A stretch of 64,000 nucleotides of DNA, from positions 4,854 to 68,853 of the forward strand of contig JANQIE010000180.1 in the NCBI GenBank assembly GCA_028282295.1, given 5' to 3'. Position numbers and translations under genes: made by a program. Shown one piece after another: positions 8,405-17,722 of the stretch. Every line of letters begins with the position of its first letter. Position 1 is the first letter of the stretch. The notes under the pieces are model-generated. The model did no database searches, had not been told where the DNA came from, and saw only the letters and a program-made list of their open reading frames with translations. Source of the DNA: Desulfobacterales bacterium. Its GTDB lineage: Bacteria; Desulfobacterota; Desulfobacteria; Desulfobacterales; JANQIE01.

Positions 8405-8665
8405 ATGGATCAAAAACACATTATCAAACAAGTAATCGATTTTAACAAAGCGACGTTTGAGAACACCTACAACGCGGTCGTTTTATTGCAGGATCAGGCC
8501 GAGCGGATGGCCTCCACGGTTATGGACCAAGCCGCATGGATGCCGGAAGAAAGCAAAAAAGCCGTCAATGAATGGGTAAAAGCGTATAAAAAAGGTCGCG
8601 AAGACATCAAAAAATCAGTGGAACATGGTTTTGAACAAGCCGAGAGCTTTGTCCAAACCGCCTAA
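8405..8665 (+). CDS. phasin-like protein, paralog 3
   Basis: MDQKHIIKQVIDFNKATFENTYNAVVLLQDQAERM... with SD AGGAGGG. Confidence 0.7.
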   Translation: MDQKHIIKQVIDFNKATFENTYNAVVLLQDQAERMASTVMDQAAWMPEESKKAVNEWVKAYKKGREDIKKSVEHGFEQAESFVQTA

Positions 8666-8923
8666 TTCCCCAGAAATTAAATAGTAAAAGCACAATCTGG
8701 TTTATCGCAAAGCCGTGGGGCGCCATTACATCTGCGCGGTCTTATGGGATGTGGCACCCAACACCGCCGCCCCGAAAGAATCATTAATTTCCGGCCCCCA
8801 CGGCTTTTTTCAATTCAGCCTCGTGCGGGATAAGTTACGACCGCAACAGGGCCTAAAAGAGGGCAACCCGGATCCTGCTCAATCGGTTACTCATTATGCC
8901 CCCAACACTCCAGAAGATTTACG

Positions 8924-10495
8924 ATGAGCAATTATCTAACCAAACCATTGGAACTTACAGCGAAATGGGCGGAACAATACACGCATCTGTCCAACCGCAC
9001 GATGGCAGCGGCCATCGATAACATCAAGGCCGCCCAAATCAGTTTTAACGGCACCCTGCTATATTTCAATGAGTTTCTGATTCCATTTTGGATCGCCTTC
9101 AATTCCTTCAATTCTGTCGAATCTCAAAAAATACTGAAAACGAGCCCGCTGGAAACACTTCACGACTACTACAACCTTTTGCTGTTCAACCTTCAGGTGG
9201 CGCAAAAAGGCTTCACCAGCAGCCACAATGCAATGCGCCATTACCACGCCCGCCAACTGGATCGCACTTCACAAGCCCTGATGAATATGCTGTTGATGCG
9301 CAACGGCAAGGACGTAGCCGATCTTGCCGCTCATGAAGCCAACCTGCTGGATCAGGTCGTCAATAAATATCCCGCGGCGATTCGCGAAATCGAGCCCGAA
9401 TACGGATTTCATTTCGACGACGGCGGTTATGAGTTGACCGCCGAAACGGATCGTTTTTGGCTTTATCGTGTGCTGCCTCGACCGGAAGCCAAGGCGGCCG
9501 GCAAAATTGAATATAAAAAGAAACCGATTCTAATCCTGCCGCCGTATGTGCTCGGAGCCAACATCCTGTCTTTTTTGCCGCGCGAAGGTAAAAGCTATGT
9601 GCATGCCTTTGCCGACCAGGGCGTCCCGACCTATATCCGTATCATCAAGGATATCGCCTGCACACCGGCCGTCCAGACAATGAGCGGTGAAGACGACGCG
9701 CTGGATACACAGACATTCTGCAAATTGTTGAAGCAAAAACATAAACGTCCGGTCACACTGAACGGCTTCTGTCAGGGCGGCTTCGTGGCGATGCTCAACA
9801 TGCTCTCGGGCAAACTGGACGATCTTGTAGACGCACTGATCACATGCGTGGCCCCCATGGACGGCACCCGCAGCCAATCGCTGGTGGAGTACCTGCAGCA
9901 CTTGCCGGCGCGGTTTCGCGATCTGGGGTATGCCGTCAAAAAGCTGGAAAGCGGCAACGGGGTTGTGGACGGTTTGGTGATGAGCTGGGTCTACAAACTC
10001 AAAAGCATGGAACGCGAAGCGCCGCTGTTTACCTTCTACCGCGACTTGATGATGTTCGACCGCTCCAACGGCCATTCCGTCAAAATCAGCAAGACCGCCG
10101 CGGCCATCAACAACTGGTTGCTGTATGACCGTTCCGATCTGCCCCGGAGCATAACCCAAATGAGTTTCGACTCTTACACGCAGCCGGTTGCGCCCGACGG
10201 CACCCTGCCGGTGAAACTGTTCGGGCGCAAATTGAATTTCAAACGACTTACGCAAAAAAAGATCAAAGTGCTGATCTGTTATGCGGACAAAGACGATCTG
10301 GTCAACAAGGAGGCGGCCATCGCACCGCTCGATTACATCGATGCCGAAGTCACTGTCTTTCCCAAGGGACACGGCGCCATCGCCACCTCCTGGTCCCAAC
10401 CCACATCCGAATGCGCTTTACACACCTGTTTCGGGAGCAAACCAAACGGCGGCTGCCACCGCGGGCCGGTTCGTTTTCAATTAGACTTGGAATAA
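8924..10495 (+). CDS. phaC: poly(3-hydroxyalkanoate) synthase PhaC (class III/IV-like core with N-terminal extension)
   Basis: Lipase-box-like GFCQGG with the catalytic Cys. Later Asp (YADKDDLV) and His (FPKGHGAI). The core begins near FWLYRVLP. About 165 aa of N-terminal sequence is extra. Weak SD, so the start is uncertain. Confidence 0.8.
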   Translation: MSNYLTKPLELTAKWAEQYTHLSNRTMAAAIDNIKAAQISFNGTLLYFNEFLIPFWIAFNSFNSVESQKILKTSPLETLHDYYNLLLFNLQVAQKGFTSSHNAMRHYHARQLDRTSQALMNMLLMRNGKDVADLAAHEANLLDQVVNKYPAAIREIEPEYGFHFDDGGYELTAETDRFWLYRVLPRPEAKAAGKIEYKKKPILILPPYVLGANILSFLPREGKSYVHAFADQGVPTYIRIIKDIACTPAVQTMSGEDDALDTQTFCKLLKQKHKRPVTLNGFCQGGFVAMLNMLSGKLDDLVDALITCVAPMDGTRSQSLVEYLQHLPARFRDLGYAVKKLESGNGVVDGLVMSWVYKLKSMEREAPLFTFYRDLMMFDRSNGHSVKISKTAAAINNWLLYDRSDLPRSITQMSFDSYTQPVAPDGTLPVKLFGRKLNFKRLTQKKIKVLICYADKDDLVNKEAAIAPLDYIDAEVTVFPKGHGAIATSWSQPTSECALHTCFGSKPNGGCHRGPVRFQLDLE

Positions 10496-10519
10496 ATAAT
10501 TCTGCAAAGGAGAATTCTC

Positions 10520-11119
10520 ATGGAAAATGTATATCGCCAATTATGGGAGGGTTATTTCGAGTTATGCGATCTTGGCCGGAACAACCTGCAGCAATTTGGT
10601 GAACTTGTCGGCAGCGGCCCGATGGACGCCTCCAACTGGTTCAGGCCGAATACTCTCCTGGACTACAAGGGATGGTACCCCCAAGCCGATGAAGTGCTCG
10701 ATGCCTGGACGCAAATCGCCGCTGAATGGCAATTACCGGCCCACAAAATGTTCAACTGGCTCCCCATGGTGCCCGGTCAGGCCGTCGATCGCAGCGCCGA
10801 AGAGATTGAAGCATTAAAAACCCAAATCGCGCGCAACGAAGAAGAAGCGGCCAAACAAAAAAAACAACTTGCGACCGCCAAAAGAGAAGCCACCCAACAC
10901 AAAAAAACCACGACCGAACAGGATTCCAAAATCAAGGCGCAAACAAAAATGCTGGCCGAACAGGAAAAAGACATCGCCCAGCGTGAAAAAGCGATTGCGG
11001 ATCTGGAAAACCGCCTGTCCGTATCGGAAAAAAAAAATACCGAACTGGAAAATCTGATCGCGACACAGAAGGCGCAGATTGCCGGCCTCAAAAAAAACAC
11101 CGCGACGCCTGCAACCTGA
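10520..11119 (+). CDS. coiled-coil protein, possible PhaE-like / granule-associated partner
   Basis: AAGGAGA SD. Trp-rich N-terminus (LWEGYF, NWF, GWYP, AEWQ) followed by a ~100-aa K/E/Q-rich heptad region. Lies immediately after phaC. Confidence 0.6.
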   Translation: MENVYRQLWEGYFELCDLGRNNLQQFGELVGSGPMDASNWFRPNTLLDYKGWYPQADEVLDAWTQIAAEWQLPAHKMFNWLPMVPGQAVDRSAEEIEALKTQIARNEEEAAKQKKQLATAKREATQHKKTTTEQDSKIKAQTKMLAEQEKDIAQREKAIADLENRLSVSEKKNTELENLIATQKAQIAGLKKNTATPAT

Positions 11120-11254
11120 CCTTGTTGGATTAATCTGTCGTTTCAAAAGACACGGTGCTTCCTGCTGATCCGCAAACAAATTTGCAAGTGTCCACTGCAA
11201 GCGGGAAACACCGAATATCTACCCAAAAGCGTTTACTTGAGAGAATAAAGACCC

Positions 11255-11761
11255 ATGGACCGAGCATTTCTTGAATTTTGGGGCAATGCGTTTCTGAACA
11301 TGGCCAAAGGCCAGAAGCAAATGGAAGATTTGGCCCAATGGATGAACAAAGGATTGCAGGGAACGGAGGAATTTGCGACCCTGTTTAAAAAGTTCTACGG
11401 CTTGGACAAGCCCGCCAAAGCAGAGCCGGAGGAAAAGCAGCAAACCTGGCAAACCGCCACCGACCAGTTTATGCAATCCTTTGAACAGTATCTTGCGCTC
11501 ATGGGAGTCGTTAGCCGTGAACGGTATAACGCCCTTGAAGCCGAGCTGAAAGCGTTGCGCGCCAAAGTCAGTGACCAAGCAAAAACAATTGAAGAGCTCG
11601 AACAGATATTGCACCAAAAACCGGGCATGCAGGATAAAGCTCTGCAAGGATTCGAGCGGCTTGTCCGGCAGCAAAGCGACCAGTTTCAAAGACTGATGAC
11701 CCAAACTCGCGATTTCTTGCAACAAAGCGCCACCGACACCCAATCGGAAAAGAAAAAATAA
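11255..11761 (+). CDS. coiled-coil protein, possible PhaE-like / granule-associated
   Basis: MDRAFLEFWGNAFLNMAKGQ... followed by a coiled-coil (ALEAELKALRAKVSDQAKTIEELEQ). Composition looks coding, unlike the 284-aa antisense ORF. Confidence 0.55.
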   Translation: MDRAFLEFWGNAFLNMAKGQKQMEDLAQWMNKGLQGTEEFATLFKKFYGLDKPAKAEPEEKQQTWQTATDQFMQSFEQYLALMGVVSRERYNALEAELKALRAKVSDQAKTIEELEQILHQKPGMQDKALQGFERLVRQQSDQFQRLMTQTRDFLQQSATDTQSEKKK

Positions 11762-12129
11762 ACTTCGCGGGGCCAATTTTGAACTGCAATCGAAGCCGCC
11801 CCTGGCATTAATGATGATCCGGGGGCGGCGGACAGCGCATTCAGTTGTCGACAGATTTGAACCGCGAAATAGCATACCTCCCGTCCGCACGGCACTCATT
11901 CTGTAAAAATTATATGCAGCCCCCCAAAGCGTGCCGCTCATCATTTCATGATTACCTGCCTTGTTTGAAACACCGGCTTTTTTTTGATATTGGACATACA
12001 CGTTGCCGAAAACCGATTGACGCCCGGCACCACCCGCATGTGCTTCGAGGGCAACCCGGCGGGTAAAAATCACGCCCGTTGCGTTATTGGCAGGGCCACC
12101 GACAGATTCTCAAACAGGGATTACAACCA

Positions 12130-12594
12130 ATGATCGATCAACTAAAGCAACTATTCAAGAAAGTAAAGACCGGCCCCGATGCCGCCGACCACGCACCGCA
12201 ACACGATTTGCAGGTAGCCGTCTGCGCCCTTTTTGTCGAAATGGCCAAAATTGACGGCACCTTTTCCGATGACGAATTGGCCCAGGTGATCGCCATATTG
12301 AAGGACAAATACGATCTGGCGGCCGAGCATGCCCAGGCGTTAATTGCCGAGGCCAATGTCCAGTTGGAGCAAAGCGTGGATATGTGGCAATTTGCCCGTT
12401 TGATTAACGAGAACTACACACCTGCCGAAAAAGTGAACATCATCGAGACGTTATGGCGGATCGTTTATGTGGACGGCAAACTGGATCGCTATGAAGACTA
12501 CCTGATGCACAAGCTGGCCAATTTACTGCGCCTGACCCACCAGCAATTGATCGACGCCAAATTGAAGGTGCTGTATCCGGATGGGAAGAAGTAA
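12130..12594 (+). CDS. TerB-family (tellurite-resistance-like) protein
   Basis: VEMAKIDGTFSDDELAQVIAILKDKYDL and WRIVYVDGKLDRYEDYLMHKLANLL are typical of the TerB fold. Start trimmed to ATG 12130. Confidence 0.7.
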   Translation: MIDQLKQLFKKVKTGPDAADHAPQHDLQVAVCALFVEMAKIDGTFSDDELAQVIAILKDKYDLAAEHAQALIAEANVQLEQSVDMWQFARLINENYTPAEKVNIIETLWRIVYVDGKLDRYEDYLMHKLANLLRLTHQQLIDAKLKVLYPDGKK

Positions 12595-12612
12595 AGGCAA
12601 AAGGATACACCC

Positions 12613-14502
12613 ATGGCGCTTGTCAGCATGCAGGATATCAATTGGGGATTTGGTGATCCCTTGTTGCTCGAAAAAATCACCTTTCAAATCGAAAAGGGCG
12701 AGCGGATCGGCCTGCTGGGCCGTAACGGGGTCGGCAAATCGACGATGCTAAAGCTTTTGGCCGGCACCCTGGCCCCCGACAGTGGTACGATTCAGCGACA
12801 ACAGGGCATCACAGTCACAGCATTACAACAGGACGTACCGCACACCTTTCAGGGCACCGCCTTCGAAGTGGCGGCCCAGGGGGTCGGCACACCGGGCCGA
12901 ACACTGGCGGCGTATCATCGCAAAGTCCATCAACCGGATGACGACAGCACCGGCCTCGAACAGCTGCAGCATGCCATGGACACCGAGGACGGCTGGCATC
13001 TATTGCGCCATGTCGAGCACATTCTCTCGCGGGTTCATATCGATCCACACAAACCGTTTGCCGGACTTTCCGCCGGCATGAAACGCCGCACACTGTTTGC
13101 CCGTGCTTTGGTCATGCCGCCCGATATCCTGCTGCTCGACGAACCGACCAACCACCTGGATATCGAAACCATCGACTGGATGGAGACCTATATCCGGCGG
13201 CACATCCCCACCCTGCTCTTTGTCACCCATGACCGGGCCTTTCTGGCGAAAATCGCCACCCGGATCGTTGAACTGGACCGGGGCCGCCTGAACTCCTATA
13301 CCTGCAGCTATGTAACCTATTTAAAACGCCGCCAGGCCGAACTGGACGTTGAGGCCAAACAGGCCCACCGGTTCAAAAAAAAGCTGTCCCAGGAGGAAGC
13401 CTGGATACGCCAAGGCATCAAGGCCCGCCGCACGCGCAATGAGGGCCGGGTGCGGGCCCTGAAAAAAATGCGCGACGCCTATCACAACCGCCGCCATGAA
13501 ACCGGCAATGTCAACCTACAGATCCAGCAAGCCCGCAAAACCGGCAAACTGGTCATCGAAGCCCGCAATATCGCCTACGGATACACCCACACCGCCCCCC
13601 TGATCCACGATTTTTCCACCGCGATCATGCGGGGCGAAAAAATCGGCATTCTCGGCCCTAACGGTGTGGGCAAAACCACGCTACTCAACCTGCTGCTTAA
13701 AGACCTGACGCCAACGGCAGGCAACGTGCGCCACGGCACACACCTGCAAGTGGCCTACGGCGACCAACTCCGCGACCAACTGGATGAACAAAAGACTGTG
13801 GCCGCCAACATCGGCAACGGCAACGACCATATTATTTTCAACAATCAAAAACGGCACGTCATCGGTTATTTGCAGGATTTCTTATTCCCTCCCGAACGCA
13901 GCCGCACACCGGTCCACATCCTGTCCGGTGGTGAGAAAAACCGTTTACTGCTGGCCAAGCTGTTCACCCGCCCGGCCAACGTCCTGGTTCTGGACGAACC
14001 CACCAACGACCTGGATATCGAAACCCTGGAGTTGCTGGAAGAACTTCTGTTTAATTACACCGGCACCGTGCTGCTGGTCAGTCACGATCGTGCGTTCATC
14101 AACAACGTCGTCACCCGGACCATCGTGTTCGAAGGGAACGGGCGGCTGGTCGAGTATGCGGGCGGCTATGACGACTGGCTGCAGCAACGGCCCCAACCGG
14201 AAGTCAAAGAGCGTCTCGCAAATGCCCCGAAGGCCGGCAAGCCCCCCCCTTTGCGTCGCGCAAAACCACGCAGACTAAGCTACATGCAGCAGCGCGAATT
14301 AGAATCCCTGCCGCAAACAATCGACACGCTGGAGGCCGAACAGCGACAACTTTGCGAGCGAATGGCGCAGCCGGATTTTTACAAACAGGCCAAAGACGCG
14401 ATCGCCGCCGACACCGCTCGTCTCAAGGACGTCGAACAGGCCATCGAGACCGCTTACCGGCGTTGGGAAGAACTCGAAAGCATTACCGGGCCGCAAACTT
14501 GA
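12613..14502 (+). CDS. uup: ABC-F family ATPase (Uup-like)
   Basis: Two Walker A motifs (GRNGVGKST, GPNGVGKTT) and two signature motifs (LSAGMKRR, LSGGEKNR). No TM domain. C-terminal coiled coil. Confidence 0.9.
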   Translation: MALVSMQDINWGFGDPLLLEKITFQIEKGERIGLLGRNGVGKSTMLKLLAGTLAPDSGTIQRQQGITVTALQQDVPHTFQGTAFEVAAQGVGTPGRTLAAYHRKVHQPDDDSTGLEQLQHAMDTEDGWHLLRHVEHILSRVHIDPHKPFAGLSAGMKRRTLFARALVMPPDILLLDEPTNHLDIETIDWMETYIRRHIPTLLFVTHDRAFLAKIATRIVELDRGRLNSYTCSYVTYLKRRQAELDVEAKQAHRFKKKLSQEEAWIRQGIKARRTRNEGRVRALKKMRDAYHNRRHETGNVNLQIQQARKTGKLVIEARNIAYGYTHTAPLIHDFSTAIMRGEKIGILGPNGVGKTTLLNLLLKDLTPTAGNVRHGTHLQVAYGDQLRDQLDEQKTVAANIGNGNDHIIFNNQKRHVIGYLQDFLFPPERSRTPVHILSGGEKNRLLLAKLFTRPANVLVLDEPTNDLDIETLELLEELLFNYTGTVLLVSHDRAFINNVVTRTIVFEGNGRLVEYAGGYDDWLQQRPQPEVKERLANAPKAGKPPPLRRAKPRRLSYMQQRELESLPQTIDTLEAEQRQLCERMAQPDFYKQAKDAIAADTARLKDVEQAIETAYRRWEELESITGPQT

Positions 14503-14995
14503 CGAACAGCAACCTAGTGTCCATCCGGAAATAGTAGGTTTTGGTTCCCGGCAAGGCCCGAGCATTTTTAAAACCGCAGGCATAGCGGTCTATGTCGAGG
14601 ATTTTAAAAATGCGAGAACGCCGCCGGGGGCCAAAAGATGCTATTTCCGGATGGGCACCAGCAAGGCTTTCTATGAGTTGGTGCTGTGCGATTTGCTGCC
14701 ATTCGCCACTATCAAACCAGATACCTCCGCAGTGCGTGCATTTCTCCAAATAGAACGGGTCCTCGACATCAATTTTGGCACGGACCATAATGCCATGCCC
14801 CTCAGGGCACAAACCCGTTTTATCATCATGCGTCGTGCCGTCGGCACCGGTTGTCGCAACGTCGACGGTCAAGGTGTCGGACATTTGCCCGAGGTGCCTC
14901 GCAGTTACCCAGATACCGTTACATTCGGGACAGTGCAAGGAGGGATTGCCGAACCGTTTTGATAGTGCCTTGGATTTACATTTGGGACAATCCAT
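14483..14995 (-). CDS. zinc-ribbon (zf-TFIIB-like) protein whose last ~57 codons are read from a MITE
   Basis: CPKC...CPEC and CPEGH...CTHCGGIWFD pairs. From about residue 113 (GAHPEIASFGPRRR...) the frame runs through MITE copy 14517-14658 and ends at 14483, overlapping the uup stop. Confidence 0.65.
   Translation of the reverse strand: MDCPKCKSKALSKRFGNPSLHCPECNGIWVTARHLGQMSDTLTVDVATTGADGTTHDDKTGLCPEGHGIMVRAKIDVEDPFYLEKCTHCGGIWFDSGEWQQIAQHQLIESLAGAHPEIASFGPRRRSRIFKILDIDRYACGFKNARALPGTKTYYFRMDTRLLFVKFAAR
14517..14658. mobile_element. MITE family A, full copy (142 bp)
   Basis: Ends GTGTCCATCCGGAAATAG / CTATTTCCGGATGGGCAC. Internal palindrome CATTTTTAAAACC...GGATTTTAAAAATG. Confidence 0.85.
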
Positions 14996-15217
14996 TCAGT
15001 GCCTTTCTGTTGGATACTCACGAGCCGTCGCTATCTATTTTGCCTTCGGCGATCGATCTTTTGCGGTCACCGATCAAGCTATATTATCGATATTCCTATA
15101 GATTGTCATTACATAACACATTACGGCATGCTTGCCAAACGGTATGGCGGCATTTTTTTGGCGGGGGGGGACGTGCGTCAAAGGGGCTGGATTGCCGGAT
15201 CGACTCCTTCAAGGCTA

Positions 15218-15360
15218 GTGCCCATCCGGGAATGATAGATTTTGGCTCAGACCAAGGCCGCAACGAATTTGAAACCGCAGGCGTCGCAAGGCTACGTCGA
15301 GGATATTTAATTCGTGAGAACGCCAGCCTGGGCCCAAAGATGCCATTTCCGGATGAGCAC
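15218..15360. mobile_element. MITE family A, full copy (143 bp, diverged)
   Basis: GTGCCCATCCGGGAATGATAG ... CCATTTCCGGATGAGCAC. Flanked on both sides by AAGGCTAG (possible target-site duplication). Confidence 0.8.
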
Positions 15361-15385
15361 AAGGCTAGCTGCGGCCGACTCGAAA

Positions 15386-17683
15386 TCAGTCCAAACCGAA
15401 CATATTGGCCAGGTCACTGTCGATCACATAAATACACATTTCCTTGGCCCCTTGACGCGAGTAGCGATATTTTGAGCAAAGGTTGTCGATCAGGTACGTT
15501 ACTTCGTTGCGGATGCGCTTATCGTAGGTCTTGAAGTCTTCGTCATCGAAGTCTTTAATCGCGCGCCGGAAATTTTCGTTTTCCAGAAACGGATCGAGGA
15601 CTTTTTCCTTCAGGTTATAGACGTAGCGATCGTAAAGCGATTGGTACAGATCGCTTGCAGGCAGGGCTTTGCCGTCAACCATGATTTCCTGGGTCAGGGT
15701 TTTGGAGGTATATTCCTTCTGGGTTTCGGACCGAAACGCTTTGCGGCGCTCGGTGTCAGCACGGGCGCCCAGTAGACGGCGCTCAATACCTTCGAAAAAA
15801 TCCTCCGTAATTTCAAGCTTTTCGCCGGTATAGGTGTTGGTTTCGACTTCCCCGATATCGAAATTGACCGCAAAAATATAGTTTTGGATATCACGCGCGA
15901 TCTGTTCTTCATTGTAATAATACAGCGACTCCTTGACCTCCTGCAAAACCGTGTAATTGTACAGGCGCAGCAACGAATCGAGAAAACCCTTGGGGATGGT
16001 CGCATCCCGGTCCTTGTACTGTTTCGCGAAAAAGGTTCGCAGGGCCGACATGTCGATGAGTTTGTCGTCGCGGGCGAAACTCGAATAAAACTCGTTGAAC
16101 AACTTTATCGAATCGCGGCCGCTGATGCCGTGTTCGCCCTCGTTGTCGGCTTCAGCGATTAGTTTGCGCCGCCGTTTGGCGGTAAACCGTTTGACATCCT
16201 CCTCAGAGAGCCAGGTGGGAATGTGGCCGGTGTAAATCTCCATTTTCAGCAACAACAAATCCTCGTCGCAGAACATGCTGTATTTTTCGCCATCGCCGAT
16301 CCAGTCGTACATTGTGTCGGATTTGATATTCAACCGCGAGGCGATGATGACGCGGGCGAAATTATGCAACACGCGCGGCAGGAAACTTTCATCGATATGA
16401 CGGCCGAACACGTTGCGGTAGATTTCCACCTCCGTGTTCAAATCCATGACGTACGGGATTTTGATGTTTTCGATCCGGTCGGAAAACGATTGGAAACTTT
16501 CAACGTTCGGCTTGTCCTCCGGATTCATGACCGCCAGCAACAGTGAATTGACGTTTTCCTCGATATCCTCAACCTTGTGCAGGCCTTCGCTGATGATGTT
16601 GTGCAATTCGATAAAGCGTTCGGTATTGTGGGATTTGACGTCCATCAGGGCATAGATGCCGTTGTTGGTTTTGGCGTACTGGGAAAACAGGTATTTGACT
16701 TCGTTGCTGTCTTTCAACGCACTGTTGATGCGATTTTGCAACATGGCGTTGGTCATGAAGTTCTGTTTGGTCGGCTTGTCGCCCGGATTGAACACACTGA
16801 TGCCGTCACCCAGCCGGCGATTGAACGTATACGGCCGCGCGTAGATCATCCGGAAGACTTTTTCAGGGCTTTTGAGCTTGTGCAGCAAAGACTGGTACAA
16901 GGAACTGCAGATGGTACAGGCGGTGTCCTTGAAAACCCAGTCATATTCTTTTTCGCTGGAGAATTTCCATTTAAATTCGCCGTTTTTAAACAGATCGTCG
17001 AAAAACTCGCGCCGGTAGGGTTTGGGGATCATCAGCAGCGGGTTGTCATGGCTGGGGCAGGGCACCTCCACGAATTCATCGGCAGAGGCGAGATGGTTAT
17101 TCGTTTTTAAGTCGTTCTTTTCGGCCCCCTGGCTGTTGTCCAACAACTGAAACGCCCGTTCGACCAACGGCAGCGGAATCATCTCGTTTTCCGGAAAACT
17201 GCCCAGCAGTTTGCGATCCAGTCGCCAAACCGTTTCATAACGGGTGCCCTCCTCAGTATTGGCATATTCTTCGAACTTGCGCAAAAGATTGTTTAAAAAT
17301 GTACTTTTACCGCATCCGGGAGGCCCCTCGAAGATATATATTTTGTTCTGTTGCGCCCCTAACTTCAAGGCTTCCACCAGACTGACCAGGCGGTTGGAGA
17401 ACAGGCGATCGGCAAAGAAAGGTTGATCCGAGCCCTCCACGAACAGTTTGTTGCAGTCATAGTAAACAAAATTGATCGACTCCGGATCTTTGGGATACTC
17501 GTCCACCCCTTCCCCCACGTAGGTTTTTACCATATCGTGGAAAATCTGGAAAACATTGCGGATGACGGCTTCGGGCTTGGCGACCATCAGTTTTAAAAAA
17601 TCGTCGAATGAGATCAGGTTGCGGCGGTCCTGCTCGCGCATGTGACGATTGAGATGTTGCATGGCCTTGTGGATCGGTTTCAT
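15386..17683 (-). CDS. PrkA-like AAA+ P-loop protein (second paralog, 765 aa)
   Basis: Walker A GPPGCGKST. Last gene of the prkA-yeaH-spoVR string on the same strand, 39 nt after spoVR. Confidence 0.65.
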   Translation of the reverse strand: MKPIHKAMQHLNRHMREQDRRNLISFDDFLKLMVAKPEAVIRNVFQIFHDMVKTYVGEGVDEYPKDPESINFVYYDCNKLFVEGSDQPFFADRLFSNRLVSLVEALKLGAQQNKIYIFEGPPGCGKSTFLNNLLRKFEEYANTEEGTRYETVWRLDRKLLGSFPENEMIPLPLVERAFQLLDNSQGAEKNDLKTNNHLASADEFVEVPCPSHDNPLLMIPKPYRREFFDDLFKNGEFKWKFSSEKEYDWVFKDTACTICSSLYQSLLHKLKSPEKVFRMIYARPYTFNRRLGDGISVFNPGDKPTKQNFMTNAMLQNRINSALKDSNEVKYLFSQYAKTNNGIYALMDVKSHNTERFIELHNIISEGLHKVEDIEENVNSLLLAVMNPEDKPNVESFQSFSDRIENIKIPYVMDLNTEVEIYRNVFGRHIDESFLPRVLHNFARVIIASRLNIKSDTMYDWIGDGEKYSMFCDEDLLLLKMEIYTGHIPTWLSEEDVKRFTAKRRRKLIAEADNEGEHGISGRDSIKLFNEFYSSFARDDKLIDMSALRTFFAKQYKDRDATIPKGFLDSLLRLYNYTVLQEVKESLYYYNEEQIARDIQNYIFAVNFDIGEVETNTYTGEKLEITEDFFEGIERRLLGARADTERRKAFRSETQKEYTSKTLTQEIMVDGKALPASDLYQSLYDRYVYNLKEKVLDPFLENENFRRAIKDFDDEDFKTYDKRIRNEVTYLIDNLCSKYRYSRQGAKEMCIYVIDSDLANMFGLD

Positions 17684-17722
17684 ATATCTGTGCCTCGGTA
17701 GTTCAAGCGCTTAGCGTTAATA

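Noticed and set aside
8666-8923. 70-aa ORF and a long-range stem (GCCGTGGGG ... CCCCACGGC plus T-run) between phasin 3 and phaC
   Set aside because: The ORF has no SD and non-coding composition. The stem encloses a ~70-nt loop, so a terminator or attenuator call is too uncertain to list as a feature.
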